Assembly: GCF_001272835.1 (NCBI RefSeq)
Contig: NZ_CP010546.1
Coordinates: 782,809-814,808, forward strand
Length of the DNA stretch: 32,000 bases
Source of the DNA: Mycoplasmoides pneumoniae FH
GTDB lineage: Bacteria; Bacillota_I; Bacilli_A; Mycoplasmatales; Mycoplasmoidaceae
Reading direction: 5' to 3'
Part shown: one piece after another, positions 10,716 to 18,403 of the stretch
How positions within the stretch are numbered: the stretch's first letter is position 1
How the letters are laid out: each line of letters starts with the position of its first letter
Position numbers and translations under genes: made by a program
Notes under the pieces: model-generated
The model's database searches: none
What the model was told of the DNA's origin: nothing
The model's input: the letters and a program-made list of their open reading frames with translations, nothing else

Positions 10716-11753
10716 TTATTTCTTAGCCTTCTTCGCTTTAACTGGTTTGCGCTTGGAATTGGTTGTGGGTTCAGTAACTTCAGCCACAACTGTTGTTTCT
10801 GTTGCACTGGTAGTTTCAGCGTTGTTGAAATCACCAATGAGTTTGGTCTTTAACAGTTCCACTACCTTATGGAATGAATCTAAGGTAGCAGCGTCATAAC
10901 CAGCTTGACGGGTAATATTGAGTTCTAAATCACCCACAGCTTCCTCCATTCTTAAAGAAGTATCCATGAAGGTAATCGGTACACTCATCATGAGGTAAGT
11001 GTGTGTGGTATTGTTGTAAACGTTAAAGTTAGCATACACATTAACCGGGTTAAACAACACCTGCTTTATCATCTCCTTATCTAACTGATTAAAGTTAAAA
11101 CTAGCGTCTTTTTCAGTGTAGAGCAAAACGTTGTTCTGGCGGTTACTTTCAGTTAAAGATTCGTAAAAACCAGTGTTAATTAAGGGGAAATCGCTTTTAG
11201 TTAAGAACCAGTGTTGGTCACTAACAGCATCAATAATAGCGACTAAGCAAGCCACCTTTTCATTTTTGGAAGTACTTCTCTTAATGGCACTTAACTTAGC
11301 AAAGTTAAGCGTTTGACCATTCTTGTACTGTACCTTAAATTGCTTGGGAACTAACTCAAAGTTATAGATGGTAGCAGGGTAAAAAGTCGGTAGAATATCC
11401 GCACTAATTGGACCTTTTTCAAACAATTCAAATTGCTCAAACTGCTTGTTGTTTGCCATCTTTTGTAACCACAAATCAGTACGATCTTGACGGTTGACCA
11501 AATGAATTAACTGACTGCGTTTGTACAAAGCTACAAAGTTAATCACAAAGCTCAACAGCAAGGTAAACCCGCCTAAGGCAATTAGGAAAAGAGCTGCCAC
11601 TTTAGGAACAATTGAACCCTGACCAACATAGCTGTAAATCCCTAAAGAAAGGGCAATTAAAGCAAAGACACCACAAAAACCAACAACTCTTGTAAATTTA
11701 TTGAACTTTTCAGGTGTTAAAAAGAACTTTTGAAAACGAGTTAGCTCTGGCAT
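10716..11753 (-). CDS. Hypothetical membrane-anchored protein (345 aa) with a Lys-rich C-terminal tail
   Basis: Track ORF 10716..11867. I prefer the internal ATG 11753..11751 ('MPELTRFQKFF..'), which overlaps the upstream ORF stop by 13 nt. Two N-terminal hydrophobic helices and the tail '..KRKPVKAKKAKK'. Confidence 0.75.
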   Translation of the reverse strand: MPELTRFQKFFLTPEKFNKFTRVVGFCGVFALIALSLGIYSYVGQGSIVPKVAALFLIALGGFTLLLSFVINFVALYKRSQLIHLVNRQDRTDLWLQKMANNKQFEQFELFEKGPISADILPTFYPATIYNFELVPKQFKVQYKNGQTLNFAKLSAIKRSTSKNEKVACLVAIIDAVSDQHWFLTKSDFPLINTGFYESLTESNRQNNVLLYTEKDASFNFNQLDKEMIKQVLFNPVNVYANFNVYNNTTHTYLMMSVPITFMDTSLRMEEAVGDLELNITRQAGYDAATLDSFHKVVELLKTKLIGDFNNAETTSATETTVVAEVTEPTTNSKRKPVKAKKAKK

Positions 11754-12322
11754 GCGTATATAAAAGATTGTAAGAAAAGATAAGTTAAACACAACGCTGG
11801 AGTTGTTTGCCCTACAGAACGTTTCCCTAAAAACTGCGCCTTGCCAAACTGCGCCCGGGTTTGACAAAGCCGTTCATACAGTTCAACTAACACCCCATCG
11901 AGCTGCTTGTACTGCCTTTTGGTGCGGTTTACTAATTGCAAGAAGCTTTTACAAAAGTAATACAACAAATCCCACACCCGTTTGTGACCTAAAGTAATTG
12001 CTTTAGTTTGTATCAATTTTTCGGTGTGTTTAACAAGGGTTTTCACCACGGTAATCACATCCTTGTTTTCTTCTAACAACAGGTATTCTACAGCCTCCCA
12101 CCAAGTTAGCACAGCATTGGTTTCACAACCCAACAAGTTGGAGTGTTGCTTTAAGACTGCAATAAAGTTTTGCGGGGTTTTACCAACATCGTTGAGGGTG
12201 GTAAAACACTGAAAGCTATAGGTGCCCAAATCGGGTTGCAAGTGGTTGAGCTGCTTTTGCAAGTGCGCGAGGTTAACTAGGAGCTGATCGACAAAACTAG
12301 CAAACTTAACTGTTTGTTTCAC
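11741..12322 (-). CDS. Hypothetical protein (193 aa), no recognisable family
   Basis: Uninterrupted ORF from GTG 12322..12320 to TAA 11743..11741. It fills the ftsH-downstream gap and overlaps ftsH by 17 nt and the next gene by 13 nt. Predicted helical. Unusually Cys-rich (6 of 193), which lowers confidence. Confidence 0.45.
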   Translation of the reverse strand: MKQTVKFASFVDQLLVNLAHLQKQLNHLQPDLGTYSFQCFTTLNDVGKTPQNFIAVLKQHSNLLGCETNAVLTWWEAVEYLLLEENKDVITVVKTLVKHTEKLIQTKAITLGHKRVWDLLYYFCKSFLQLVNRTKRQYKQLDGVLVELYERLCQTRAQFGKAQFLGKRSVGQTTPALCLTYLFLQSFIYACQS

Positions 12323-14435
12323 TGTCTTTTTCTGTATCCTTCTCAGTCTTCTTATTTAACTTAGCTTCCTTGGCTTCTGCCTTTTGTTTGGCTTGCTGTT
12401 CTTGCTTTTGCGCTAGGATCTCTGGAGGGAGTTTAGTGTGTTCGTGAATGTAATCGATGTCACTCTTTAAGATGGTTTCGGCAATCAACAAGGCTTCAAC
12501 TAACAATTCCAACTCCTTACGGTTCGTTTTAATAATGGTACGTGCCTTCTTGTACTGTTCTTCAATAATGGCGTTAATCTCAAAGTCAATATCCTTTGCT
12601 GTTTGCTCAGAGAACAGTTTGGTACCTGGTGGGACGGTACCTTGACTAGGTACATATTGCACTTGCCCTAACTTGGACATTCCTAACTGGGTAACCATGG
12701 CACGGGCAATATTGGTCGCCTTATAAAAGTCCGAGGAAGCGCCAGTGGTAATTTCTAGGGGACCGTAAATTTCTTCCTCTGCAGCACGGCCGCCCATGGC
12801 TGTAGCAATCATCGCTAACAAGTCAGATTTACGCTTTAAATTGAGATCGCCACTCTTAGGGGTTGACAAGGTATAACCACCCGCTTGACCCCGGGGAATA
12901 ATGGTAATCTTTTGCACTTCATCGTTACTGTGAACATGGAGGCCAACCAAAGCATGACCTGCTTCGTGGTAGGCCACTAGTTTACGATCAGCATCACTGA
13001 CCACCCGAGATTTTTTGGCAGGACCAGCTATGACCCGGTCAATGGCTTCATCAATGTCGTTCATGTTGATCGTGGTCCGGTTATCACGGACTGCTAACAG
13101 GGTAGCTTCATTAATGACGTTTTCCAATTGAGCCCCACTAAAACCAGGGGTACGTTTAGCAACATCCAATAAGCTAATCTTGGAAGACAAGTTCTTGTTC
13201 TTGGCGTGCACTTGTAAGATGCCTTCGCGTTCCTTAATGTCGGGAAGGTTAATCTGGATGTGACGATCAAACCGACCTGGGCGTAATAACGCATCATCAA
13301 GGACATCCAAGCGGTTGGTAGCAGCCATCACCACAACACCAGTGCGGCTAGTAAACCCATCCATTTCCGCTAACAGTTGGTTTAAGGTTTGTTCGACCAC
13401 CGAGTAGGAGGACAACTCCACGCGACCCCGTTTAGAACCAACCGAGTCAATTTCATCGATGAAGATAATACATGGGGCCGCTTTCTTAGCCTTATTGAAC
13501 AAGTCCCGTACCCGTTTGGCGCCCACACCAACCAGCATATCTTCAAAGCCAGAACCCGTGGACTGGAAGAAAGGCACACCAGCTTCACCAGCAACAGCTT
13601 TCGCTAACAGCGTTTTACCCGTACCAGGAGGGCCGTAAAGAATAACACCGCGTGGGGAACGAGCGCCCATTTGGGCATACTTCAAGGGGTTTTTGAGGTA
13701 ATCAACAATTTCCAGTAACTCGTGTTTTTCTTCTTGGAGTCCCGCAATGTTGTCAAACCTCACCGAAGACTTTGCGAGTTTAGCTTGGGTCTTACCAATT
13801 GAGAAGATGTTGTCCTCCTCACTGCGACCACCACCAGAGATACCGCGAGCAGAACGTCAAAAGAGTAAGAAGAAAATGACAAAGATAATAATTGGTAGTA
13901 GGCCAAAGAAGATGTTGAGCACATCACGTGCTCTCGTATCAGGAGCAACAAAGGTACCGATGTCATGGAGACCTTTAATAGAAGCTAATTCAGTGCCATT
14001 GTTACTTTTTTGGTCTTGGGTCATCATTCCATTAACTATGGCCTTTCCAGTTGACTGATTAATCGAGAGGTTTGCTATATTAAAGATAGTTTCCCCACTA
14101 CCATTAGTAGCTTTGTGGGCAGTTACTACTATGGGATTTATCCCTTGGAAACTAATGGAAACCTGCAGAATGTCATCGGTGACATAGGTGGAATTATTAA
14201 TTCTTTGGAAGGTGTGTTTGCCTGATAAGCCTTTGATTTGAGCCGAAAGTGTAGTTCCACTAAGCTCCCACTTTTCAATTACAGCCGTGGTAGCCCTTGG
14301 CATTAGGATATAAACCAAAATACCAATAATAATGGCTAGGATAACCACTCACCAAAAAATCTTTCACGCTGTGCGTTTGGGAAACTGCGGTTTTTCGCTC
14401 GTAGTCGCCTCGTTAAGTCCTTTATTTTTTTTCAT
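12306..14435 (-). CDS. ftsH: ATP-dependent zinc metalloprotease FtsH (709 aa)
   Basis: Track ORFs 12306..13763 and 13857..14348 share a frame and join across TGA 13859..13857, which the intervening sequence reads through. Three more TGA/TGG Trp codons lie upstream, leading to ATG 14435..14433. Walker A 'GPPGTGKT', 'HEAGHA' zinc site, two N-terminal TM helices. Confidence 0.97.
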
Positions 14436-14595
14436 TTGTTGTTGTTTGTTGGGTGATTTGACTGGTTTTTATTCTAACAACACTAAGGGTAACTAATACA
14501 CCCACTGCTGCAAAACCAGCCAAAGTTAGAAAGGTAATTAAGATGATTTTTTTGTGCTTTTTTACCAGGGAAACCAACACACTAAACCATCGCAT
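14422..14595 (-). CDS. Candidate small single-pass membrane protein (57 aa)
   Basis: ATG 14595..14593 is the first start after in-frame TAG 14604..14602. The ORF ends at TAA 14424..14422: [57 protein letters not shown]. It is too short for the supplied track and overlaps the ftsH start by 14 nt. Confidence 0.4.
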   Translation of the reverse strand: MRWFSVLVSLVKKHKKIILITFLTLAGFAAVGVLVTLSVVRIKTSQITQQTTTNEKK

Positions 14596-14615
14596 AAAAT
14601 TCTAAATAGCGCGAC

Positions 14616-15143
14616 TTAATTATCTTCAGGATCAAAGACACCAACATAGGGTAAATTGCGATAAAAGCCCTGGTAGTCTAACCCAAAACCAACCAAGAAT
14701 TCGTCTTGGTTTTTAAAGCAAGAATAGTCCACCTTAATGTCAGCTTCCCTGGGTTTGAGCTTTTCAATGAAGCTCACTAAGATCACACTTTTGGCCTTTC
14801 GGGTGTGGAGTAAGTCCAATACTAATTTAATAGAACGACCACTGTCGATTATGTCTTCTATTAAAAGAATGTCCTTGCCTTTAGGGTCATGGGACATATC
14901 TAGGACAATCTTCGGTGCTTCTTGTTGGCGACTGCCACCATGGTAAGAAGCGACTGCCACAAAGTCCAGTTGTAAATCAAAGGTAAACTGACTAATAAGT
15001 TTGCCCAAAAAGGGAATACAACCCTTCAAGATCCCTAATACTATGACCTGTTTACCAGCAAAATGTTCATTACACCATTTGAGCGCAGCGTTACAACCCG
15101 CTTCAACCTGTTTTTGATCAATGATGATAGATTTAATGCCCAT
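14616..15143 (-). CDS. hpt: Hypoxanthine-guanine phosphoribosyltransferase
   Basis: PRPP-binding motif 'ILLIEDIIDSGRS'. I prefer ATG 15143..15141 ('MGIKSIIIDQKQV'), which shares one base with the upstream gene's TAA, over the track's 15185 start. Confidence 0.92.
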   Translation of the reverse strand: MGIKSIIIDQKQVEAGCNAALKWCNEHFAGKQVIVLGILKGCIPFLGKLISQFTFDLQLDFVAVASYHGGSRQQEAPKIVLDMSHDPKGKDILLIEDIIDSGRSIKLVLDLLHTRKAKSVILVSFIEKLKPREADIKVDYSCFKNQDEFLVGFGLDYQGFYRNLPYVGVFDPEDN

Positions 15144-15652
15144 TACTTTAATCTTTGTCGTTCCACTAACACGACCGCTAAACAACTAATTTCATTCGAA
15201 TTCAACGGTTCACGTACCTTGAGGTTAATTGTCAGTTCGGTAATCCGTAAAGCCGTACAAATAAAGTCAAAGATGGCATGCTTATAGTCATCCATCTTTT
15301 GTTGTGAGGGAATTTCTAAGGTGATATCAATGTTATTGATGTACCAGTTCTTGCGAATAAAGTTGTAAGTCCGTGCCAAAATACGGGGCGCTTCTTTACG
15401 CGGATTACCCTTTAAAGGGATCTGGGTTTTTTCTTTATTGAAGACAATTTGTCCATCACCTAAGGCAGTAGCACCAAATAAAGCATCAGCTACTGCTAGC
15501 TGGATAACGTCACTGGCGTCATCACTAGCATCGTGGTCATAAATGTACTTGGAATCTTCTATTTCCACCCCACCTATTCAAAATTTATTCTTCTGTTCTG
15601 CTCTCGGTTTAATGCGGTATTTTTTCTTACCTAGGCCAACTCTAAACTGCAT
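15143..15652 (-). CDS. IspF (MECDP-synthase)-fold-like protein, 169 aa, function unknown
   Basis: Track ORF 15143..15568 extends through TGA 15580..15578 to ATG 15652..15650. 'FRVGLG..', 'IGGVEI', 'SDDASDVIQLAVADALFGATALGD' and 'NIDITL' align by eye with IspF blocks 'RIGHGFD', 'IGGVRI', '[22 protein letters not shown]' and 'NVDVTI'. Confidence 0.72.
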
Positions 15653-15666
15653 CGTGGTATCTGTTA

Positions 15667-15672
15667 ATTATA
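15667..15672 (-). promoter_or_regulatory. Candidate -10 box (perfect TATAAT) for the ispF-like/hpt/ftsH chain
   Basis: Reverse complement of 15667..15672 is TATAAT, 14 nt upstream of ATG 15652, in the ldh-divergent spacer. Confidence 0.45.
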
Positions 15673-15823
15673 CTTTTGCCCACCCCCTTTTCCTTTTATG
15701 TTGAGAGCTAAAAAAGACAAAGCTTGGCAGCAGGTTTTATTTAGATCAAATCTCAATTGGGAACAGTAAATGATTGGTGGCTTAAACCAAATTAAAATGA
15801 AGGCAAGCTTGAATAAATTAGTT

Positions 15824-16762
15824 ATGAAGAGTCTTAAAGTAGCACTCATTGGTTCTGGTGCAGTGGGCACCAGCTTTCTCTACGCTGCTATGAGCCGTGG
15901 TTTAGCGAGTGAATACATGGTTATCGACATTAACGAAAAATCCCAAGTAGGGAATGTTTTTGACCTCCAAGATGCTGTACCATCATCACCGCAATACAGT
16001 AAGGTAATTGCTGGTGATTACAAACAACTCAAAGATTACGACTTTATCTTTATTGGTGCTGGTCGACCCCAAAAGCAAGGTGGGGAAACCCGGTTACAAC
16101 TCCTTGAAGGTAATGTCGAAATTATGAAGAACATTGCCAAAGCCGTGAAGGAATCGGGCTTTAAGGGCATTACCTTAATTGCTTCCAACCCAGTCGACAT
16201 TATGGCTTACACCTATTTAAAGGTAACGGGGTTTGAACCGAATAAGGTAATTGGTTCTGGAACCTTACTAGACAGCGCCCGGTTAAAGTTTGCGATTGCT
16301 GAAAAATACGGTATGAGCAGCAGGGATGTCCAAGCATATGTGTTAGGTGAACACGGGGATAGTTCAGTAAGTATTATTTCCTCCGCTAAGATTGCTGGCT
16401 TACCACTCAAACACTTCTCGAAAGCAAGTGATATAGAAAAAGAATTTGCTGAAATTGACCACTTTATTCGCCGTCGAGCTTATGAAATCATCGAACGCAA
16501 AGGAGCCACCTTTTATGGCATCGGGGAAGCAACTGCCGAAGTAGCAGAATTAATTCTCCGCGACACTAAAGAAGTACGAGTAGTAGCATCGTTAATTAAT
16601 GGCCAATATGGTGCTAAAGATGTAATGTTTGGCACCCCTTGTGTCTTGGGACGCAATGGTGTGGAAAAGATCTTGGAAATTGAATTGTCTGCTACAGAAA
16701 AAGCAGGCTTGGACAAATCAATCCAAGTATTGAAGGACAACATTAAGTTAGCTAAACTATAA
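15824..16762 (+). CDS. ldh: L-lactate dehydrogenase (312 aa)
   Basis: 'KVALIGSGAVGTS' NAD-binding fold and the 'GEHGDS' catalytic His region. ATG 15824 ('MKSLKVALIG') is preferred over the track start at 15770. Confidence 0.95.
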   Translation: MKSLKVALIGSGAVGTSFLYAAMSRGLASEYMVIDINEKSQVGNVFDLQDAVPSSPQYSKVIAGDYKQLKDYDFIFIGAGRPQKQGGETRLQLLEGNVEIMKNIAKAVKESGFKGITLIASNPVDIMAYTYLKVTGFEPNKVIGSGTLLDSARLKFAIAEKYGMSSRDVQAYVLGEHGDSSVSIISSAKIAGLPLKHFSKASDIEKEFAEIDHFIRRRAYEIIERKGATFYGIGEATAEVAELILRDTKEVRVVASLINGQYGAKDVMFGTPCVLGRNGVEKILEIELSATEKAGLDKSIQVLKDNIKLAKL

Positions 16763-16806
16763 GAATTAGTTTAACTGTAGACATAAATAAACTAGTTAAC
16801 TACTAG

Positions 16807-16854
16807 AACAAAACAAGCATGCTGACCCATTGGGGTTGATGTGCTTGTTTTGTT
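16807..16854 (+). terminator. Intrinsic-terminator-like hairpin after ldh (bidirectional in shape)
   Basis: A perfect 13-bp stem, aacaaaacaagca (16807..16819) paired with tgcttgttttgtt (16842..16854), around a 22-nt loop that has an inner accc/gggt pairing. The 3' arm is T-rich and the hairpin starts 45 nt after the ldh stop. Confidence 0.6.
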
Positions 16855-17055
16855 TATTAAAAAATAGGCAAACTTTTTGGCGTATTTGTCAAATTCATTC
16901 AATTTATTAAGTGGGAGCAGGAAGACCGACTTTTGTTGAAAGTTTTTGCTGCTCCCGGCCAACTAGAAAAATATTTAAATTCATACATCTTAGTGTTTAC
17001 AACTCAAACTAATATTCTTCGTTAGTTTTCAATATCGTTAAAAAATATTTTTTAG

Positions 17056-17090
17056 CCGTCTGCTTGTCAACTTGAGCAGATGGTTTTTTA
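17056..17090 (+). terminator. Orphan intrinsic-terminator-like hairpin with a T-run
   Basis: ccgtctgct (17056..17064) pairs with agcagatgg (17075..17083), with one G-U pair, and is followed by tttttta. No plus-strand ORF lies between the ldh terminator and this site. Confidence 0.45.
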
Positions 17091-17106
17091 TTTATTTGAA
17101 AAGAAT

Positions 17107-17152
17107 AAAAATACCAGCAACTCAACCTTAAAGATTAAATGCTGGTATTTTT
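17107..17152 (-). terminator. Intrinsic terminator of the intact DUF16-type gene
   Basis: A 12-bp stem, aaaaataccagc (17107..17118) paired with gctggtattttt (17141..17152). It begins 15 nt past the TAA at 17169..17167. On the minus strand the stem is followed by a U-rich tail. Confidence 0.6.
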
Positions 17153-17166
17153 AGTTTGAGTTGGAA

Positions 17167-17472
17167 TTATTTAGATTCCAATTTGTCTATACGTTTGCCA
17201 AAGTCTATTAAGGTATTGTTAATTGATTCCAGGCTTTTAAGCACAAGACTTTCAAAGCGATCCATGCGGGCGTTCATTGCTTCACCCTGAATTCGAAAGC
17301 CTTCTCTAACTTCTATTTGGAATTCTTTAAATTCTGCCTTAGTAACATATCTTTGATCAAACTCAACTAAAAGCTCTTGTTTAAAAACTTCTAGTTTTTT
17401 GTCCAATTGTTTATGGGTTACGTATCCGCTTTTGCCTTTTTCCATATGGTTTAAATTGCCATAAAAGCCCAT
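17167..17472 (-). CDS. DUF16/UPF0134-family coiled-coil protein
   Basis: 101-aa track ORF with heptad-like 'YVTKAEFKEFQIEVREGF..' and the ending '..RIDKLESK', recalled as typical of the M. pneumoniae UPF0134 family. The frame stays open a further 111 nt (through TGA 17505..17503) to TTG 17583..17581, 2 nt after GGAGG. The product may therefore be 138 aa. Confidence 0.8.
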   Translation of the reverse strand: MGFYGNLNHMEKGKSGYVTHKQLDKKLEVFKQELLVEFDQRYVTKAEFKEFQIEVREGFRIQGEAMNARMDRFESLVLKSLESINNTLIDFGKRIDKLESK

Positions 17473-17770
17473 GTTATAGCTACCATCAGATAGATCTTCG
17501 ATTCAGGCCTTTGCTGTTTTAATCTTATCTTTTTTCAAATTTCTTTTGAACAAAGTAATTGAAATTTCGCGTTTAATGGTCAAAACCTCCTTTCTTTACA
17601 GGATTTAAAAAAACAGAAAGCTTTATATGAGTGTTGGGCCAAATTTAAAGAGGGTCCAATTTTTCAAAAAATGTTAATCATTTCTTTTAAGCTCCTTTAC
17701 TAAATAAATGGAAGCGGTTATTTAGAAGTACCAAGAAAATGAATTTTTAAATAGAAATCTGTAAAGAATG

Positions 17771-17811
17771 AAAATACCAACAGCTAACTGAATGTTAACT
17801 GTTGGCGTTTT
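17771..17811 (-). terminator. Degenerate copy of the DUF16-gene terminator hairpin
   Basis: aaaataccaacag paired with ctgttggcgtttt: a 7-bp core (ccaacag/ctgttgg) plus an imperfect A/T extension. It sits at the same relative position as 17107..17152, downstream of the second DUF16 copy. Confidence 0.35.
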
Positions 17812-17825
17812 CTGTTGAAGAAATG

Positions 17826-18164
17826 TTATTTCTTGTATTCAAGCCTATCTAAACGTTCGTTGATGGCTTGAAGGCTCTGAAGCACAACTTTAAAAGTTTC
17901 TCTAACTTCTACTTTGAAGTCTCTCAACTCCGCTTCAATGTTTGCGAACCTTCGATCAACCATGACCTTGTATTCCTCAAACTCTTTCCGGGTAACGTAC
18001 TATGTTTTTGGCTTTTTCACTTTTCGTTGCCAACGTTCCTTAATTATAACATCAAAAGTTCCGTCTGGCAACGGAATCCAATTTGATTTTAATTCAAGAA
18101 CCTCACACTGACTTCTAAACTTCTTGTATTCCCTTTCGGAATATCATTTGTTATTCAAAGTCAA
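17826..18164 (-). pseudogene. DUF16/UPF0134-family paralogue interrupted by an in-frame TAG
   Basis: The frame from TTG 18164..18162 to TAA 17828..17826 reads 'LTLNNKWYSEREYKKF..KVKKPKT*YVTRKEFEEYKVMVDRRFANIEAELRDFKVEVRETF..INERLDRLEYKK'. TAG 18002..18000 is codon 55. The TGA at codon 7 is an ordinary Trp. Confidence 0.65.
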
Positions 18165-18378
18165 AACCCCCTTTCTTACTTAAGTAATTAGAAAAAGAAG
18201 TAGACACTACCGAATTCCTTTTAGAAACAACAAATGTTGATGCGAGAACCAACGCAACAGATGCCTTTGCAAACGCGAAAGACTTATGCCCATAAGGGCT
18301 AATAAAAATGAGTTCATATGAGATTAAAGGGAGTTTTTACACTACCCAAGGTAATTAAATAGTGTTAAAGAACAATAT

Positions 18379-18403
18379 AAAAGCCACCCGAAGGGTGGCT
18401 TTT
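18379..18403. terminator. Perfect 11-bp hairpin with a GAA triloop (terminator-like on either strand)
   Basis: aaaagccaccc-gaa-gggtggctttt, flanked by an A-run on one side and a T-run on the other. Confidence 0.5.

Larger units (their letters stand above)
17107..18176 (-). repeat. Tandem duplication of a DUF16 gene cassette (leader, gene and terminator)
   Basis: The two cassettes share leader/start strings (gaaaggaggttttgacc vs gaaagggggttttgact), the YVT(K/R).EF core, the C-terminal (I/L)D(K/R)LE motif and a related terminator hairpin. Stop-to-stop offset is 659 bp. Confidence 0.7.

Noticed and set aside
11754-11867. The longer 383-aa version of the 10716.. gene, starting at 11867.
   Set aside because: The extra 38 residues ('MSNPGAVWQGAVFRETFCRANNSS..') look non-protein-like and would overlap the 193-aa ORF by 127 nt. 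The ATG at 11753 gives a typical short overlap. This is not fully excluded.
15144-15185. A 14-codon N-terminal extension of hpt (track start 15185).
   Set aside because: The extension would overlap the upstream gene by 43 nt. The ATG at 15143 shares one base with that gene's TAA and begins the conserved part of the protein.
15770-15823. An 18-codon N-terminal extension of ldh (track start 15770), and the antisense ORF 15664..15870(-).
   Set aside because: LDH homology begins at 'MKSLKVALIGSGAVG'. The upstream part lies in the divergent promoter spacer. The minus-strand ORF spans the promoter region with no gene context.
16792-16962. A 56-codon minus-strand ORF (TTG start) in the ldh-downstream spacer: '..KNFQQKSVFLLPLNKLNEFDKYAKKFAYFLINK..'.
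   Set aside because: It has no ATG or GTG start and begins directly after a TAG. It runs straight through the ldh terminator hairpin. At most it is a gene remnant.
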